From Chthoniobacterales bacterium (GTDB lineage: Bacteria; Verrucomicrobiota; Verrucomicrobiia; Chthoniobacterales; UBA10450), in the NCBI GenBank assembly GCA_035556975.1, contig DATMEN010000004.1:239988-303987 (forward strand): a DNA stretch of 64,000 bases, in the 5' to 3' direction. How positions within the stretch are numbered: the stretch's first letter is position 1; every line of letters begins with the position of its first letter. The translations under genes were made by a program, and so were the position numbers. The notes beneath the pieces are model-generated. The model was given only the letters and a program-made list of their open reading frames with translations, made no database searches and was not told the origin of the DNA. This document shows positions 1-8,334 of the stretch, one piece after another.

Positions 1-1631
1 TAAATTCCGCTGGTCTGGAGGTTGAGCATCTTCGCCGCCAGCAATCCCGTGAGGCCAATCGGTCCCGGCGTGCTGATGATGATCTCGGTGAATTGTTCCC
101 GCTGAACGTAGTCGAGGATCTGAAGGATGGGCGGAAAACTCATTCGCTGCAGCTCGTATTCCGGCAGCTCGAACTCGCCGATCGGCCGGAAATTCTTGAT
201 TGGGATCTCCTCGACCTTCAGATCGCGGCGGGACGTGACGACGATCAACTCTTCGCCGGCGGCGACGCCCGCCGCCGTCATTTTCCGGATCGTGTTCGCG
301 ACGCCATTCACGTCCTCGAGCGTGTCGGTGAACCACGCCCTCTTGCGATTTTGGAGGACGGCTGGGATCGAACCCGTCATTTGCAAGAAGACCCGCCGCA
401 GCCACGACCGGGAGGGCGCCTGGCTATGGAACGCGTAAATGTAGGGCGAGAGCAGAAGCACGATCGGGGCGATGCCGCTCAAGGCCTGCATGCTTTCGAT
501 CACGTTGCCGTTTCGAAGCTGCTGCACGAATTTTTCGAAGAGGCGAAAGGCCAGTTGTTCGCAGACCATGTTCGCCATCAGGAACGTGCGCCGTTCCGGT
601 TCGGTAACGCCTTCCATTTCCTTGGCTAGCCGCGCCTTCACCCTGGGCCGGGCGAAATGTTTCGAGAGCCCTTTCCAGAGGGAGACGTTGCTAGGCTTCG
701 CCAGCTCGAAGATTTTTCCCGACATCACGCCCTGGGCGACAAACGTCGCTTTCTCGCGCAAAGTGAACTCGGTCGGGTCGCGTCCTTCCATAAAGCGCGA
801 AAACATCGTTTCGAGCAGAGGGGCGGTCGGTCCCAGGCGTTCGGTAAATCGGTCCTGGATGAAGCGGGAGAGCGTATTGTAAAAACCGTGCGACAAGGCC
901 AGGGGCGTGCCTCCTTCTCCGTGGGCGGTGCAGGCGCCTTGGCGGACATGCTGAAGAAATTCCTTCGTGGACCGCGCCGCGGGCGTCTCCGTGTAGGCGC
1001 CGGCCACAAATTTTGCCCCATGATCGTCCGACCCGCCGGTGAAGATCTTTTGCCATGGCTCGGCGTGGGTGGGCTGAAGATTGTGCCGATTCGCGAACTC
1101 CTCGATTTTCTGAGGTGTCAGTCCGGAAAAAAGGTCCCGCGCCAGGACACTCAGGAGTGCATCACGCAGACCGTTGATGCCTTCGAAGTGCTTGAAGAGA
1201 AGGATCAATCGTTCGAGGTGCGAGACTTCGAGCTTGCCGTTGATGCTATAAAGCGGGTGGGCGACGGCGTGGGCGATCGCTTCTTTTTGCAGGTAGCTTT
1301 GCAGGTCGTGGATGTTCTCTCGCAGGGTGATAATTTCAGCATGCTGAGCCTCGGAAATTCCCCAAGCCAGGACGTGAATTTTGCACGGATCATGAGGGAA
1401 ATACGTTGTAATCTCCTCGCTGATAAATGTTTGCTTTAAGTCAGATATTTGGAGACTTCCTTCGATCGTGTCGTGGTCGGTGATCGTTACGAAATCCATC
1501 CCGCGTTCCCGCAGCTTCTCGTAAAGCTCGCGCGGATCGGAATAGCTATCGGGAAAATCGAAGCGCCGGAAGAGCCATTCCTCGGAACGCGCGCTGAAGC
1601 GGGAGTGAATGTGCAGATCGCAAGTGCTCAT
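1..1631 (-). CDS. PHP-domain / group-1 glycosyltransferase fusion protein (C-terminus runs off the window start)
   Basis: Own minus-strand translation from ATG 1629-1631: MSTCDLHIHSRFSARSEEW...MDFVTITDHDTIEG (PHP metal-binding motifs). The frame stays open to nt 1, ending ...KRAWFTDTLEDVNGVANTI...IIISTPGPIGLTGLLAAKMLNLQTSGIY (GT-B N-lobe). It is absent from the ORF track because there is no stop in the window. Confidence 0.75.
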   Translation of the reverse strand, partial: MSTCDLHIHSRFSARSEEWLFRRFDFPDSYSDPRELYEKLRERGMDFVTITDHDTIEGSLQISDLKQTFISEEITTYFPHDPCKIHVLAWGISEAQHAEIITLRENIHDLQSYLQKEAIAHAVAHPLYSINGKLEVSHLERLILLFKHFEGINGLRDALLSVLARDLFSGLTPQKIEEFANRHNLQPTHAEPWQKIFTGGSDDHGAKFVAGAYTETPAARSTKEFLQHVRQGACTAHGEGGTPLALSHGFYNTLSRFIQDRFTERLGPTAPLLETMFSRFMEGRDPTEFTLREKATFVAQGVMSGKIFELAKPSNVSLWKGLSKHFARPRVKARLAKEMEGVTEPERRTFLMANMVCEQLAFRLFEKFVQQLRNGNVIESMQALSGIAPIVLLLSPYIYAFHSQAPSRSWLRRVFLQMTGSIPAVLQNRKRAWFTDTLEDVNGVANTIRKMTAAGVAAGEELIVVTSRRDLKVEEIPIKNFRPIGEFELPEYELQRMSFPPILQILDYVQREQFTEIIISTPGPIGLTGLLAAKMLNLQTSGI

Positions 1632-1641
1632 GGGCGAGGGG

Positions 1642-2484
1642 CTACGCACCGCCACGAGTGCGCCTGTCGGCAATCCAGTCTCGATACGTCGTCGGGGTTC
1701 GATTTTCGACCAGCCTGTCGGTCAGCCGCAAAACTTGCCGCCAGATCTCGGGATGATCCCGATCCGATGGGTGAATGCTCACCCGAGCGAGGGGCGCGCC
1801 GGCGAGCTGGCGGGCCAGCACGCTGTTCCAGGCCAGGCTCGCCACGCGGCGCCAGCCGCTCCGGACACTATAGACGAGCGTTCGCGCGGGAAAATTATTC
1901 CCGGACCGCAGGTCGCGCACTCCCGTCAACCGCGTCGTGTATTCCATTTCCGCTTCGGCGGCCGCTCGCTCCGCGGCGGAGCCAAGCAGCCAGGCCGGGG
2001 CGATGAAACCGCGCGGCGTTAGTCCCGCTCCGACAAACTCGTCCCGCGCCTTCGTGATTCGACGAAAAGCTTCGTCGTAGTCCAGGTCGTAAAATTCCCC
2101 CTCGTGTCTGGTATACAGTTGGGTCAGAAATTTCCCGGTTAGGTTTTCACCATTCCGGCGCGGTCTCTCGTGAAAATAGCCGTGGATCACGATTTCGTGT
2201 CCCTGTGCTTCGAGGTCCTGGAGCCAGCGCACGAAACCGCGATCTTCCGCGAACGAGCCGCCATGGTGATAGTTTGGGACCACCAGCAGGGAACAAATCG
2301 GAACGCGGTGACGGGACAACTCCGCCATAATTTCCGCCGCGGCGGTTCGAGTGGCAGGCGCGACGTCATGCACGGAAACGATCAAAGCTTCCCGCTCCGC
2401 TTCCGCCGAAAGGGCAAAGAGGGAAGGCAACGATGTCGCACTGGCGCCGGTCACGCCGGATTTTCGATGCCAGCAGCGAAGCAA
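1642..2484 (-). CDS. DUF2334-type polysaccharide-deacetylase-like protein
   Basis: 280-aa ORF with VHDVAP, VVPNYHHG, IHGYFHE and FIAPAW segments typical of DUF2334. It ends 10 nt upstream of the PHP-GT gene on the same strand. Confidence 0.6.
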   Translation of the reverse strand: MLRCWHRKSGVTGASATSLPSLFALSAEAEREALIVSVHDVAPATRTAAAEIMAELSRHRVPICSLLVVPNYHHGGSFAEDRGFVRWLQDLEAQGHEIVIHGYFHERPRRNGENLTGKFLTQLYTRHEGEFYDLDYDEAFRRITKARDEFVGAGLTPRGFIAPAWLLGSAAERAAAEAEMEYTTRLTGVRDLRSGNNFPARTLVYSVRSGWRRVASLAWNSVLARQLAGAPLARVSIHPSDRDHPEIWRQVLRLTDRLVENRTPTTYRDWIADRRTRGGA

Positions 2485-2501
2485 ACAAGCCTAATCGCTT
2501 T

Positions 2502-2526
2502 GGAGGGACGGGCGCTGTCCCGTCCC
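2502..2526. repeat. REP-B single hairpin (GGAGGGACGGGCGCTGTCCCGTCCC)
   Basis: 8-bp perfect stem GGGACGGG/CCCGTCCC. It is 25/25 identical to the copy at 40084-40108. Confidence 0.85.
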
Positions 2527-2561
2527 AAGATTCCAGGACGCCACGGAAGACGTCCCTGCAC

Positions 2562-2969
2562 TCAGCGCGCCATGCGAAGGATCTCCTGAAATTCCGCGCT
2601 CGAAAGCGGCTGAACCGACAACCGCGAGAGACGCAGAAGCGCGATGTCTTTGAGCTTCGGGTTGCCCTTGATTTCATCGAGCGTCACCGGGCGGGGCAAC
2701 GCTTTCTCCGGAGCAAGATCGACCGCGCTCCAATCGCCTTCGGTCGCGGTGGAATCCGGGTAGGCCTCCCGGCTCACTTTCGCAATCCCAACCACGGCCT
2801 TTTCGCTCACGCTGTGGTAGAACAGGACCGAATCGCCCTTGCGCATCGCGCGCAGGTTATTTCTCGCGGTGTAATTGCGGACGCCGGTCCAGCTCGTCTT
2901 GCCGTCTGCGACAAAATCCGCCCACGAATACGCGGACGGTTCCTGTTTCACGAGCCAGAATTTTTTCAT
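2562..2969 (-). CDS. EVE (PUA-like) domain protein
   Basis: MKKFWLVKQEPSAYSWADF...WTGVRNYTARNNLRAMRKGDSVLFYHS is the characteristic EVE-domain N-terminus. Confidence 0.8.
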   Translation of the reverse strand: MKKFWLVKQEPSAYSWADFVADGKTSWTGVRNYTARNNLRAMRKGDSVLFYHSVSEKAVVGIAKVSREAYPDSTATEGDWSAVDLAPEKALPRPVTLDEIKGNPKLKDIALLRLSRLSVQPLSSAEFQEILRMAR

Positions 2970-3025
2970 CTTAGAATCTCTTAGATCAGCGCGAGCGATT
3001 CGACAAGCGCGCTGGTCTGCGACCT

Positions 3026-3089
3026 CAAGGAGCGGCGGCCTCCAGACCGCCGTGGGAAGGCGGGCGGTTTGGAAAGCGCCCCTCCTTGG
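3026..3089. repeat. REP-A palindromic doublet (degenerate second arm)
   Basis: CAAGGAGCGGCGGCCTCCAGACCGCCG ... GCGGGCGGTTTGGAAAGCGCCCCTCCTTGG. Confidence 0.8.
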
Positions 3090-3166
3090 GGCTCCCCTTG
3101 GCGCGTAGGTTTGTAGTTACGCACGCGGATTCGACAACTGTGCTCCTTTGTTTCACACTCGCTCAG

Positions 3167-3850
3167 ATGTCGCGCGGCGCGTTTATCACATTCGAGGGAT
3201 CGGAGGGTTGCGGCAAATCAACGCAGGCGAAGCGGCTGGCGGCGCGGCTGGAGGAGATCGGTGTGCCCGTTCTCATCACCCGGGAACCCGGCGGCACCGC
3301 GATAGGCGAAAAAATTCGCGACCTGCTTCAGTTCGCTCCGGAAAGCCTGGCGATGGCCCCGGAGACGGAGCTGTTGCTCTTCGAGGCCAGCCGGAGCCAG
3401 CTCGTGCGCGAAATTATCCGACCGGCCCTCGAGCAGGGAACTGTGGTGATTTCCGATCGGTTCTTCGATTCGACGACGGTTTACCAGGGCGTTGCGCGCA
3501 AGCTCGATCCTGAAATTGTCGAGAAGCTTAATGATTTTGCCGTGGGCGCCGATAAGCCTGACCTCACTTTCGTGCTCGAAGTCGATATCACGACGGCCCG
3601 CGAGCGCCTGTTGCGGCGCGTGCGCCCGGTCCAGGCTGTCGATCGCATGGAACAGGAGCCGCTCGAATTCTACGAGCGAGTTTGTGAAGGGTATCGCGAG
3701 CTGGCGCGGCGCGATCCGGCGCGGATGCGTCTGCTCGATGGCTCGCAGTCGCCCGATGAAATCGAAAATGAAATCTGGCGGGAAGTGTCGGAGCGTTTTC
3801 CCGCCATGAGGGCGCGCCGGAAAAACGAGGACGAGGGGCGCGCTTCGTAA
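3167..3850 (+). CDS. tmk: Thymidylate kinase
   Basis: ORF 3086..3850 trimmed to ATG 3167: MSRGAFITFEGSEGCGKSTQ (P-loop), ITREPGGT, DRFFDSTTVYQG. Confidence 0.9.
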   Translation: MSRGAFITFEGSEGCGKSTQAKRLAARLEEIGVPVLITREPGGTAIGEKIRDLLQFAPESLAMAPETELLLFEASRSQLVREIIRPALEQGTVVISDRFFDSTTVYQGVARKLDPEIVEKLNDFAVGADKPDLTFVLEVDITTARERLLRRVRPVQAVDRMEQEPLEFYERVCEGYRELARRDPARMRLLDGSQSPDEIENEIWREVSERFPAMRARRKNEDEGRAS

Positions 3851-3857
3851 AAACAAA

Positions 3858-4832
3858 ATGGCTTTTACCCGCGCCGGCGCCTTCGAATACCTGAGCCGCG
3901 CCCATGAAAATGGCCGCCTCGCTCATGCTTACCTGATCTCTGGACCGCCCGGCAGCGGCAAGCGCGGACTCGCCACCGACCTTTCCAATCTCGTCACGAC
4001 GGGAAAGGCGCCTGATGTCTTTGCTTCCCAGCCGCCCGGGGTTTACCTGGCCGAACCGGAATCGAAATCGCGCCGCATCGTGATCGATCAAGTGCGCGGG
4101 CTCGAGCATGCCCTCCAGATGCGGGCCGCGGGCGGACGGCGGAAAGTGGCGATTGTGGCCGAGGCGGACCGGCTCCAACCCCAGGCGGCCAACGCTTTTC
4201 TCAAGACCCTGGAAGAGCCGCCTAACGACTCGCTCCTGCTCCTCTTGAGTTCGATGCCGGAGGTTCTGCCGGACACGATTCTCTCCCGTTGCATCGCTAT
4301 TCCCCTGGTGGCGGAAGAGAAGGCGGCGCCTTCGCGGGAAGAAGAAGAATTGGTTGAGCTGCTCGGCACCGTCGCGGCTCCCGAAGCGCAGGGCGTTCAA
4401 CACGCCTACCGGCTCGCGCGCGGCTTTCATCGCCTGCTGGCCCAAATACGGGAAACGATCCAGCTCGAGAACGCGGCCGCTTTGAAGCGCGACGAGGCGC
4501 GCTACAAGAACACCACGGATGGAGCCTGGCTCGACGAACGCGAGGACTATTTCAAGGCCCTGACGGAAAGCCAGTACGTGCGCCAGCGCTCCCGGCTTCT
4601 CGAAGTGCTCTTTCTCTGGTGGTCAGACGTCCTTCGCGCCAGCACGAATGTGGCGCGGCGTGAACTGCCTTCCGCGAGCGATCGGACGCGCCTCCTCGCG
4701 CAGAAACTGTCGACCGCGGAAATTCTACGGCGAATCCGGCGCCTCGAGGAATTGCGGGATCATCTCGGGCGAAACATCCAGGAAGCTCTTGCGATCGAAG
4801 TGGCCTTCCTGAGCGTGTTTACATTTCAATAG
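3858..4832 (+). CDS. holB: DNA polymerase III delta-prime subunit
   Basis: GRLAHAYLISGPPGSGKRGLA, AANAFLKTLEEPP, ILSRC. It starts 8 nt after tmk, which is the classic tmk-holB pairing. Confidence 0.85.
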   Translation: MAFTRAGAFEYLSRAHENGRLAHAYLISGPPGSGKRGLATDLSNLVTTGKAPDVFASQPPGVYLAEPESKSRRIVIDQVRGLEHALQMRAAGGRRKVAIVAEADRLQPQAANAFLKTLEEPPNDSLLLLLSSMPEVLPDTILSRCIAIPLVAEEKAAPSREEEELVELLGTVAAPEAQGVQHAYRLARGFHRLLAQIRETIQLENAAALKRDEARYKNTTDGAWLDEREDYFKALTESQYVRQRSRLLEVLFLWWSDVLRASTNVARRELPSASDRTRLLAQKLSTAEILRRIRRLEELRDHLGRNIQEALAIEVAFLSVFTFQ

Positions 4833-4919
4833 AGCGCACACACCGCGGCGCTCAACCATGCTCGACCTGTGAAGGATTTAGGGCGCCTGCGCATCCAGGC
4901 GATTAGCGCCCGCTCTCGG

Positions 4920-5195
4920 TCATTGCGTAACCCAATCCGCGCACAGCACCTCGGCTTGGGCGAGAACGGTCTTGGTAGCCCCTTCCTTGAGGTCCGGGGG
5001 ATAGCCGTGTTTACGGAGGATGCGTGTCACTCGATGGCCGCGCGCAATCGCGCGGAAAGAATTACGCCGCCAAAAGATGCGCGTTCGGCCGCGCCCCCCG
5101 TCCGGCGGCAGTTTCAGCGCCTGTTCGACGGTGTATCCGAGCTCTCTGAACCACGTCAGCGCAGCTTCTTCGACGACAGATTCGGTGAAACTCAT
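4920..5195 (-). pseudogene. hsdR: Type I restriction subunit R relic (N-terminal ~57 codons joined to C-terminal ~30 codons)
   Basis: [23 protein letters not shown] is an HsdR N-terminus. Removing one G from the homopolymer at 5094-5099 gives [25 protein letters not shown], the next HsdR segment. The tail [28 protein letters not shown] is the HsdR C-terminal (DUF3387-like) motif. The nuclease/helicase core of roughly 900 aa is missing. Confidence 0.75.
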
Positions 5196-5208
5196 TACGT
5201 CTCGCGTC

Positions 5209-7044
5209 TTATTTCGTCATCGACATCGAAAGTCCGAGCTTCCATCGAGTATTCGCGACTTCGGATACGACCGTGTAGTAGGTCGAATCACTCGAGAGAA
5301 CAAGAACGTCATCGTCTTGCTGAACCGGCACAACGCTCTTTGTAATATGCCGCACCAGTTGATCCCGACGGCTCAAGCCAAGCAGTTTCTGATACGGATA
5401 ACCTGCGTTGCATTCGGGTGGCTCATGGCTGTCCCCGTCCCACGCTACTGACGAAACCCCAAATTCGCCGAATGCAGGCAGAAGACATACACCATTGCTG
5501 TCTGTTAAGATGAACCCGCGTTTGCTTTGCCATGCTGCTTCTGCCAACTCGATCGGGACTCGCCACTGGCCTATTTGAGCCGCCGCAAACATTAAGCCCG
5601 CGAATGTTCCGTTCGGATTTAGGAGTGGCTGGCAGAGAAAGAATGTGCCGTGTTTGTTGTAAAGCGACGCTACTTGGTCAGAGACAAATGCCTTCCTAAA
5701 TGAGTTGGCTATTTGAAAGTATGGGCGCTCGGAAACTCCACGGCTTGTGATATCCGCCTTCCGAGCAACTGATAGTCCTTTTGGCAATGAGCACGCGAGG
5801 ATTTGCCCGGCTTCGTTTGCGACATATAGGCCTTGGGCAGCCAGAGGACCGAGGCTCGTTTGAAGGCGATCGAGCCAGTCCGCGGGTCCGCTTTCGTGGA
5901 TGAGCTTGAGAGCATTCCCATTCTCTCGCGCGAGGGCGTCGAGTCCCTCGTTCAAAGGGTCTTCAATCTGTGAAATGACCGACGAGAGATCCACATCGAG
6001 CCTTGCTTCAGTATCGGTGTGAAGAGCTAACGTTTTTGAAAGGATCAGGTCTGAGAGAGCCGCCGCCAACGCATGTGAACGGATTGTGGCTGGATCGGCC
6101 GGCAACACGGACGGAGGTGTCAAAGCAACAATTCCGCGTGCGGCAAAGATTTCTGGGGTATGCGAGCGCATATCAAACTGCAGGCTGTAGAATTGAGGCC
6201 ACTCCGTTGTTCGATGATGCGGATTGTTTTCGAACTGGTGAATGGCATCATCCACCAGGCGCGACACTTCTGGATCGCGGTGGCTGAATCCGACAAACAA
6301 CGTGTGCCTCTTCCGCAATAGTTCGATCAACAGGTTGAAGAATTCCGCATTAGCGCGGTAGTGGTGGCGATAATCCCGTCTGGTCAGGATGAGATGTTCG
6401 TCGAGACGCGAAACACAGCCATGGATCTTGAATAGGACCGAGCCCGGCCGGCGCCCCCCAATGATCTCGCGAGCAGTGGGTAGATGCGTATCATTCGTTG
6501 CGATAAATAACTCAGAACGCCCTAGCGACGACCACGCTTTTTCGAAAAGCGCGTCATAGTTAGTAGTGACGTAGATTTTGCAACCCAGTTCCGCCAATAG
6601 TCTGTGACTAGTCGTAGGCAGTTTGTCGCCCCCGAAGACGTCTCTCAACCTCTGTTGCAGAGTTTCATTTCCGAGAACCTGGGCTGCGAGCTCGGCCAGA
6701 GTAAGCGGATCGTTCTTTAGGTCCTCATCGTCCACAAGGTTCCTGTCCAACTGGAAGTAGTCGACGAGAAGGCTCTGCCATGACGGAAAGCCTGCCGGAA
6801 GCGAAACTCCCGCCCCGAAAAAAGCCGTCGCATTGTTCGTGCTGAAGCCTTGGACGCAGCGAGGCGGCCAGAACGTGGAAATATCTCGCCAACTGACTTC
6901 GTCTTTTCGGAATCGTTTGAGAGACTCGTCAATCCACGAAGCCGATTCCTTCGCTACAAGAGGGTCGGAGAATCGGTCGCTTCTTTCCTTTAGGTTTTTG
7001 GCCAGCAGGACGGCAGGGGCGGCTTGAGCCGGAGTCGTCTTCAT
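5209..7044 (-). CDS. SIR2-like (SIR2_2 type) NADase domain fused to a C-terminal Cache/PDC-like sensor domain
   Basis: 611 aa. The N-terminal part has [47 protein letters not shown] and [11 protein letters not shown]. The C-terminal ~210 aa has [64 protein letters not shown] and [18 protein letters not shown]. There is no TM segment or signal peptide. Confidence 0.7.
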   Translation of the reverse strand: MKTTPAQAAPAVLLAKNLKERSDRFSDPLVAKESASWIDESLKRFRKDEVSWRDISTFWPPRCVQGFSTNNATAFFGAGVSLPAGFPSWQSLLVDYFQLDRNLVDDEDLKNDPLTLAELAAQVLGNETLQQRLRDVFGGDKLPTTSHRLLAELGCKIYVTTNYDALFEKAWSSLGRSELFIATNDTHLPTAREIIGGRRPGSVLFKIHGCVSRLDEHLILTRRDYRHHYRANAEFFNLLIELLRKRHTLFVGFSHRDPEVSRLVDDAIHQFENNPHHRTTEWPQFYSLQFDMRSHTPEIFAARGIVALTPPSVLPADPATIRSHALAAALSDLILSKTLALHTDTEARLDVDLSSVISQIEDPLNEGLDALARENGNALKLIHESGPADWLDRLQTSLGPLAAQGLYVANEAGQILACSLPKGLSVARKADITSRGVSERPYFQIANSFRKAFVSDQVASLYNKHGTFFLCQPLLNPNGTFAGLMFAAAQIGQWRVPIELAEAAWQSKRGFILTDSNGVCLLPAFGEFGVSSVAWDGDSHEPPECNAGYPYQKLLGLSRRDQLVRHITKSVVPVQQDDDVLVLSSDSTYYTVVSEVANTRWKLGLSMSMTK

Positions 7045-7148
7045 ATGTGGGGGCCAATTGTTGAAGGGCAGCGAAGTTCGCCGCTCAGTAGCTTTGGCAG
7101 CAGCGTGTCGCGCAGCGTAGCGAGGGTGCGGGATTCGGTGGCACTCAT
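7041..7148 (-). pseudogene. hsdS: Type I specificity subunit C-terminal relic (35 codons)
   Basis: Own translation (below the ORF-track cutoff): [35 protein letters not shown]. RDxLLPKLLSGEL is the conserved HsdS C-terminal helix. Its TGA overlaps the SIR2 gene ATG (ATGA), and its ATG shares one nt with the stop of the upstream gene. Confidence 0.7.
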
Positions 7149-7996
7149 CATGAGATTGGCGCGACCATACTGCGCTTTGCTTTTAGGCCGACAAGAGCCG
7201 CCCTCAAAACTTGTAGGCAAATTTGTGCCGTATGCTCGTCCGGTTGGAAACCTGATGCCATCTGTTCATACGGGTGGATGTAGTTCCTGAAGTCCCGGAC
7301 AGCGTGCCCGAACTTTTTCACATCAAGACGCAGCACTCCGACTTCGTGGGCAACATCAATAAGGTTCGCGAGGGTCCATTCATGAAATGCACGGACCTTC
7401 CCTGTTTCCTTTTCTTTTGGGCTTGCCGCAGCCCGATTGAACTCAGCGGGATTCTTCAAAGCTACGGCCAAAAGGATTCCTTCAAGAATGCTCCCGCACA
7501 TGAAGACTGTTGAAAGCGGAGCACCACCGCCAACGCACTCCACCGCTTCTTTCACCCTTGCCGTTAGTATGCGTTCAATGCTGTGGTCCAAATCCAACCC
7601 TTCAACGGAGATCGCGCCGAAATCTCGCTTGAGGAAATCGGACTCTGTTTCCTGCTTTAGCTCCCTCCCCAGAAGGCGCGCCGCCGTTCGACTACACTCT
7701 TCATATTGCCGGTCAGCACGCTCGTTCTTGCCAGGGTCATTGAGGTATCGCCATACCTCCAGAAGTTGTTCCAAAGCCCTCCCGACATTTGCAGGCGTTT
7801 CGATTTCCCAGAACGCTCGAAGTCGCTTTGCCTTCGATGTGCCGTTGAAAGCGTAGCGCGGATCATAAATGTTTGTTCCTACCTCTTGTCGGAAGAACTC
7901 GGCGAACGTCCTATCAGAAAAGTTTAGGACATATCCACTGGTCATGCCGAATAGGTCTTCGAATCTTTGCTTCTCGATCGTTGAAAGAGCACTCAT
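7148..7996 (-). CDS. Hypothetical protein with a HEPN-like C-terminal four-helix region (283 aa)
   Basis: ORF 7148..8242 trimmed to ATG 7994-7996: [35 protein letters not shown].... The C-terminus reads [16 protein letters not shown]...[14 protein letters not shown]...[16 protein letters not shown] (an R-x6-H / RNxxH motif). The upstream 82 codons of the long ORF are an alternate frame over the hsdS relic. Confidence 0.6.
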   Translation of the reverse strand: MSALSTIEKQRFEDLFGMTSGYVLNFSDRTFAEFFRQEVGTNIYDPRYAFNGTSKAKRLRAFWEIETPANVGRALEQLLEVWRYLNDPGKNERADRQYEECSRTAARLLGRELKQETESDFLKRDFGAISVEGLDLDHSIERILTARVKEAVECVGGGAPLSTVFMCGSILEGILLAVALKNPAEFNRAAASPKEKETGKVRAFHEWTLANLIDVAHEVGVLRLDVKKFGHAVRDFRNYIHPYEQMASGFQPDEHTAQICLQVLRAALVGLKAKRSMVAPIS

Positions 7997-8334
7997 GCAG
8001 AGATCTCTTTTCCTACTCCGATTACCCAAAAGTCTTTGTCGCACAATTCGATGCCCCGCGGTCCTTGTCCTTTTCTTCCGAGGATTAGACCAGGCGCTTC
8101 GGCTAGCGGTGCGTCGTGCCAGCCACATTGCCCGTTGGTGCCGAACACGGGCACCTTTCCCAGACTTCGCGTGTCGGCTTTCAACGCGCGTCCGTAGTTC
8201 AACGAGACAAGCTTCCGAGCCGGGACTAGAGGCCATCGCCATTCAGTGTCTCTTGCGAGACCGCCAGGGTAGGTGGTTCCGGGCTGCGACGAATCTTCAA
8301 TCGTCGATGGGCTGATTTTAGGAGAAGATCGCAT
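7993..8334 (-). pseudogene. hsdS: Type I specificity subunit 5' relic (first target-recognition domain only)
   Basis: MRSSPK...[21 protein letters not shown]...[47 protein letters not shown] is the HsdS TRD pattern. It breaks off after FWVI, where the embedded gene starts. Confidence 0.7.

Noticed and set aside
93-1439. Plus-strand ORFs 93..629 and 657..1439
   Set aside because: They are antisense to a continuous minus-strand frame that encodes recognisable PHP and glycosyltransferase motifs.
5209-7044. Housekeeping sirtuin (CobB) or a canonical Thoeris ThsA
   Set aside because: It has no Cys4 zinc-ribbon module, it is 611 aa long, and it has an extra sensor-like domain, all of which argue against CobB. 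No TIR-domain (ThsB) gene is adjacent, and the C-terminal region lacks an obvious SLOG-type glycine-rich Rossmann motif. ThsA is therefore not supported, although only a profile or structure search can exclude it.
7997-8242. N-terminal 82 codons of ORF 7148..8242 (-)
   Set aside because: The sequence is Arg/Ser-rich with no protein-like character. It overlaps the hsdS relic, which reads convincingly in another frame. An ATG at 7994-7996 gives a clean start.
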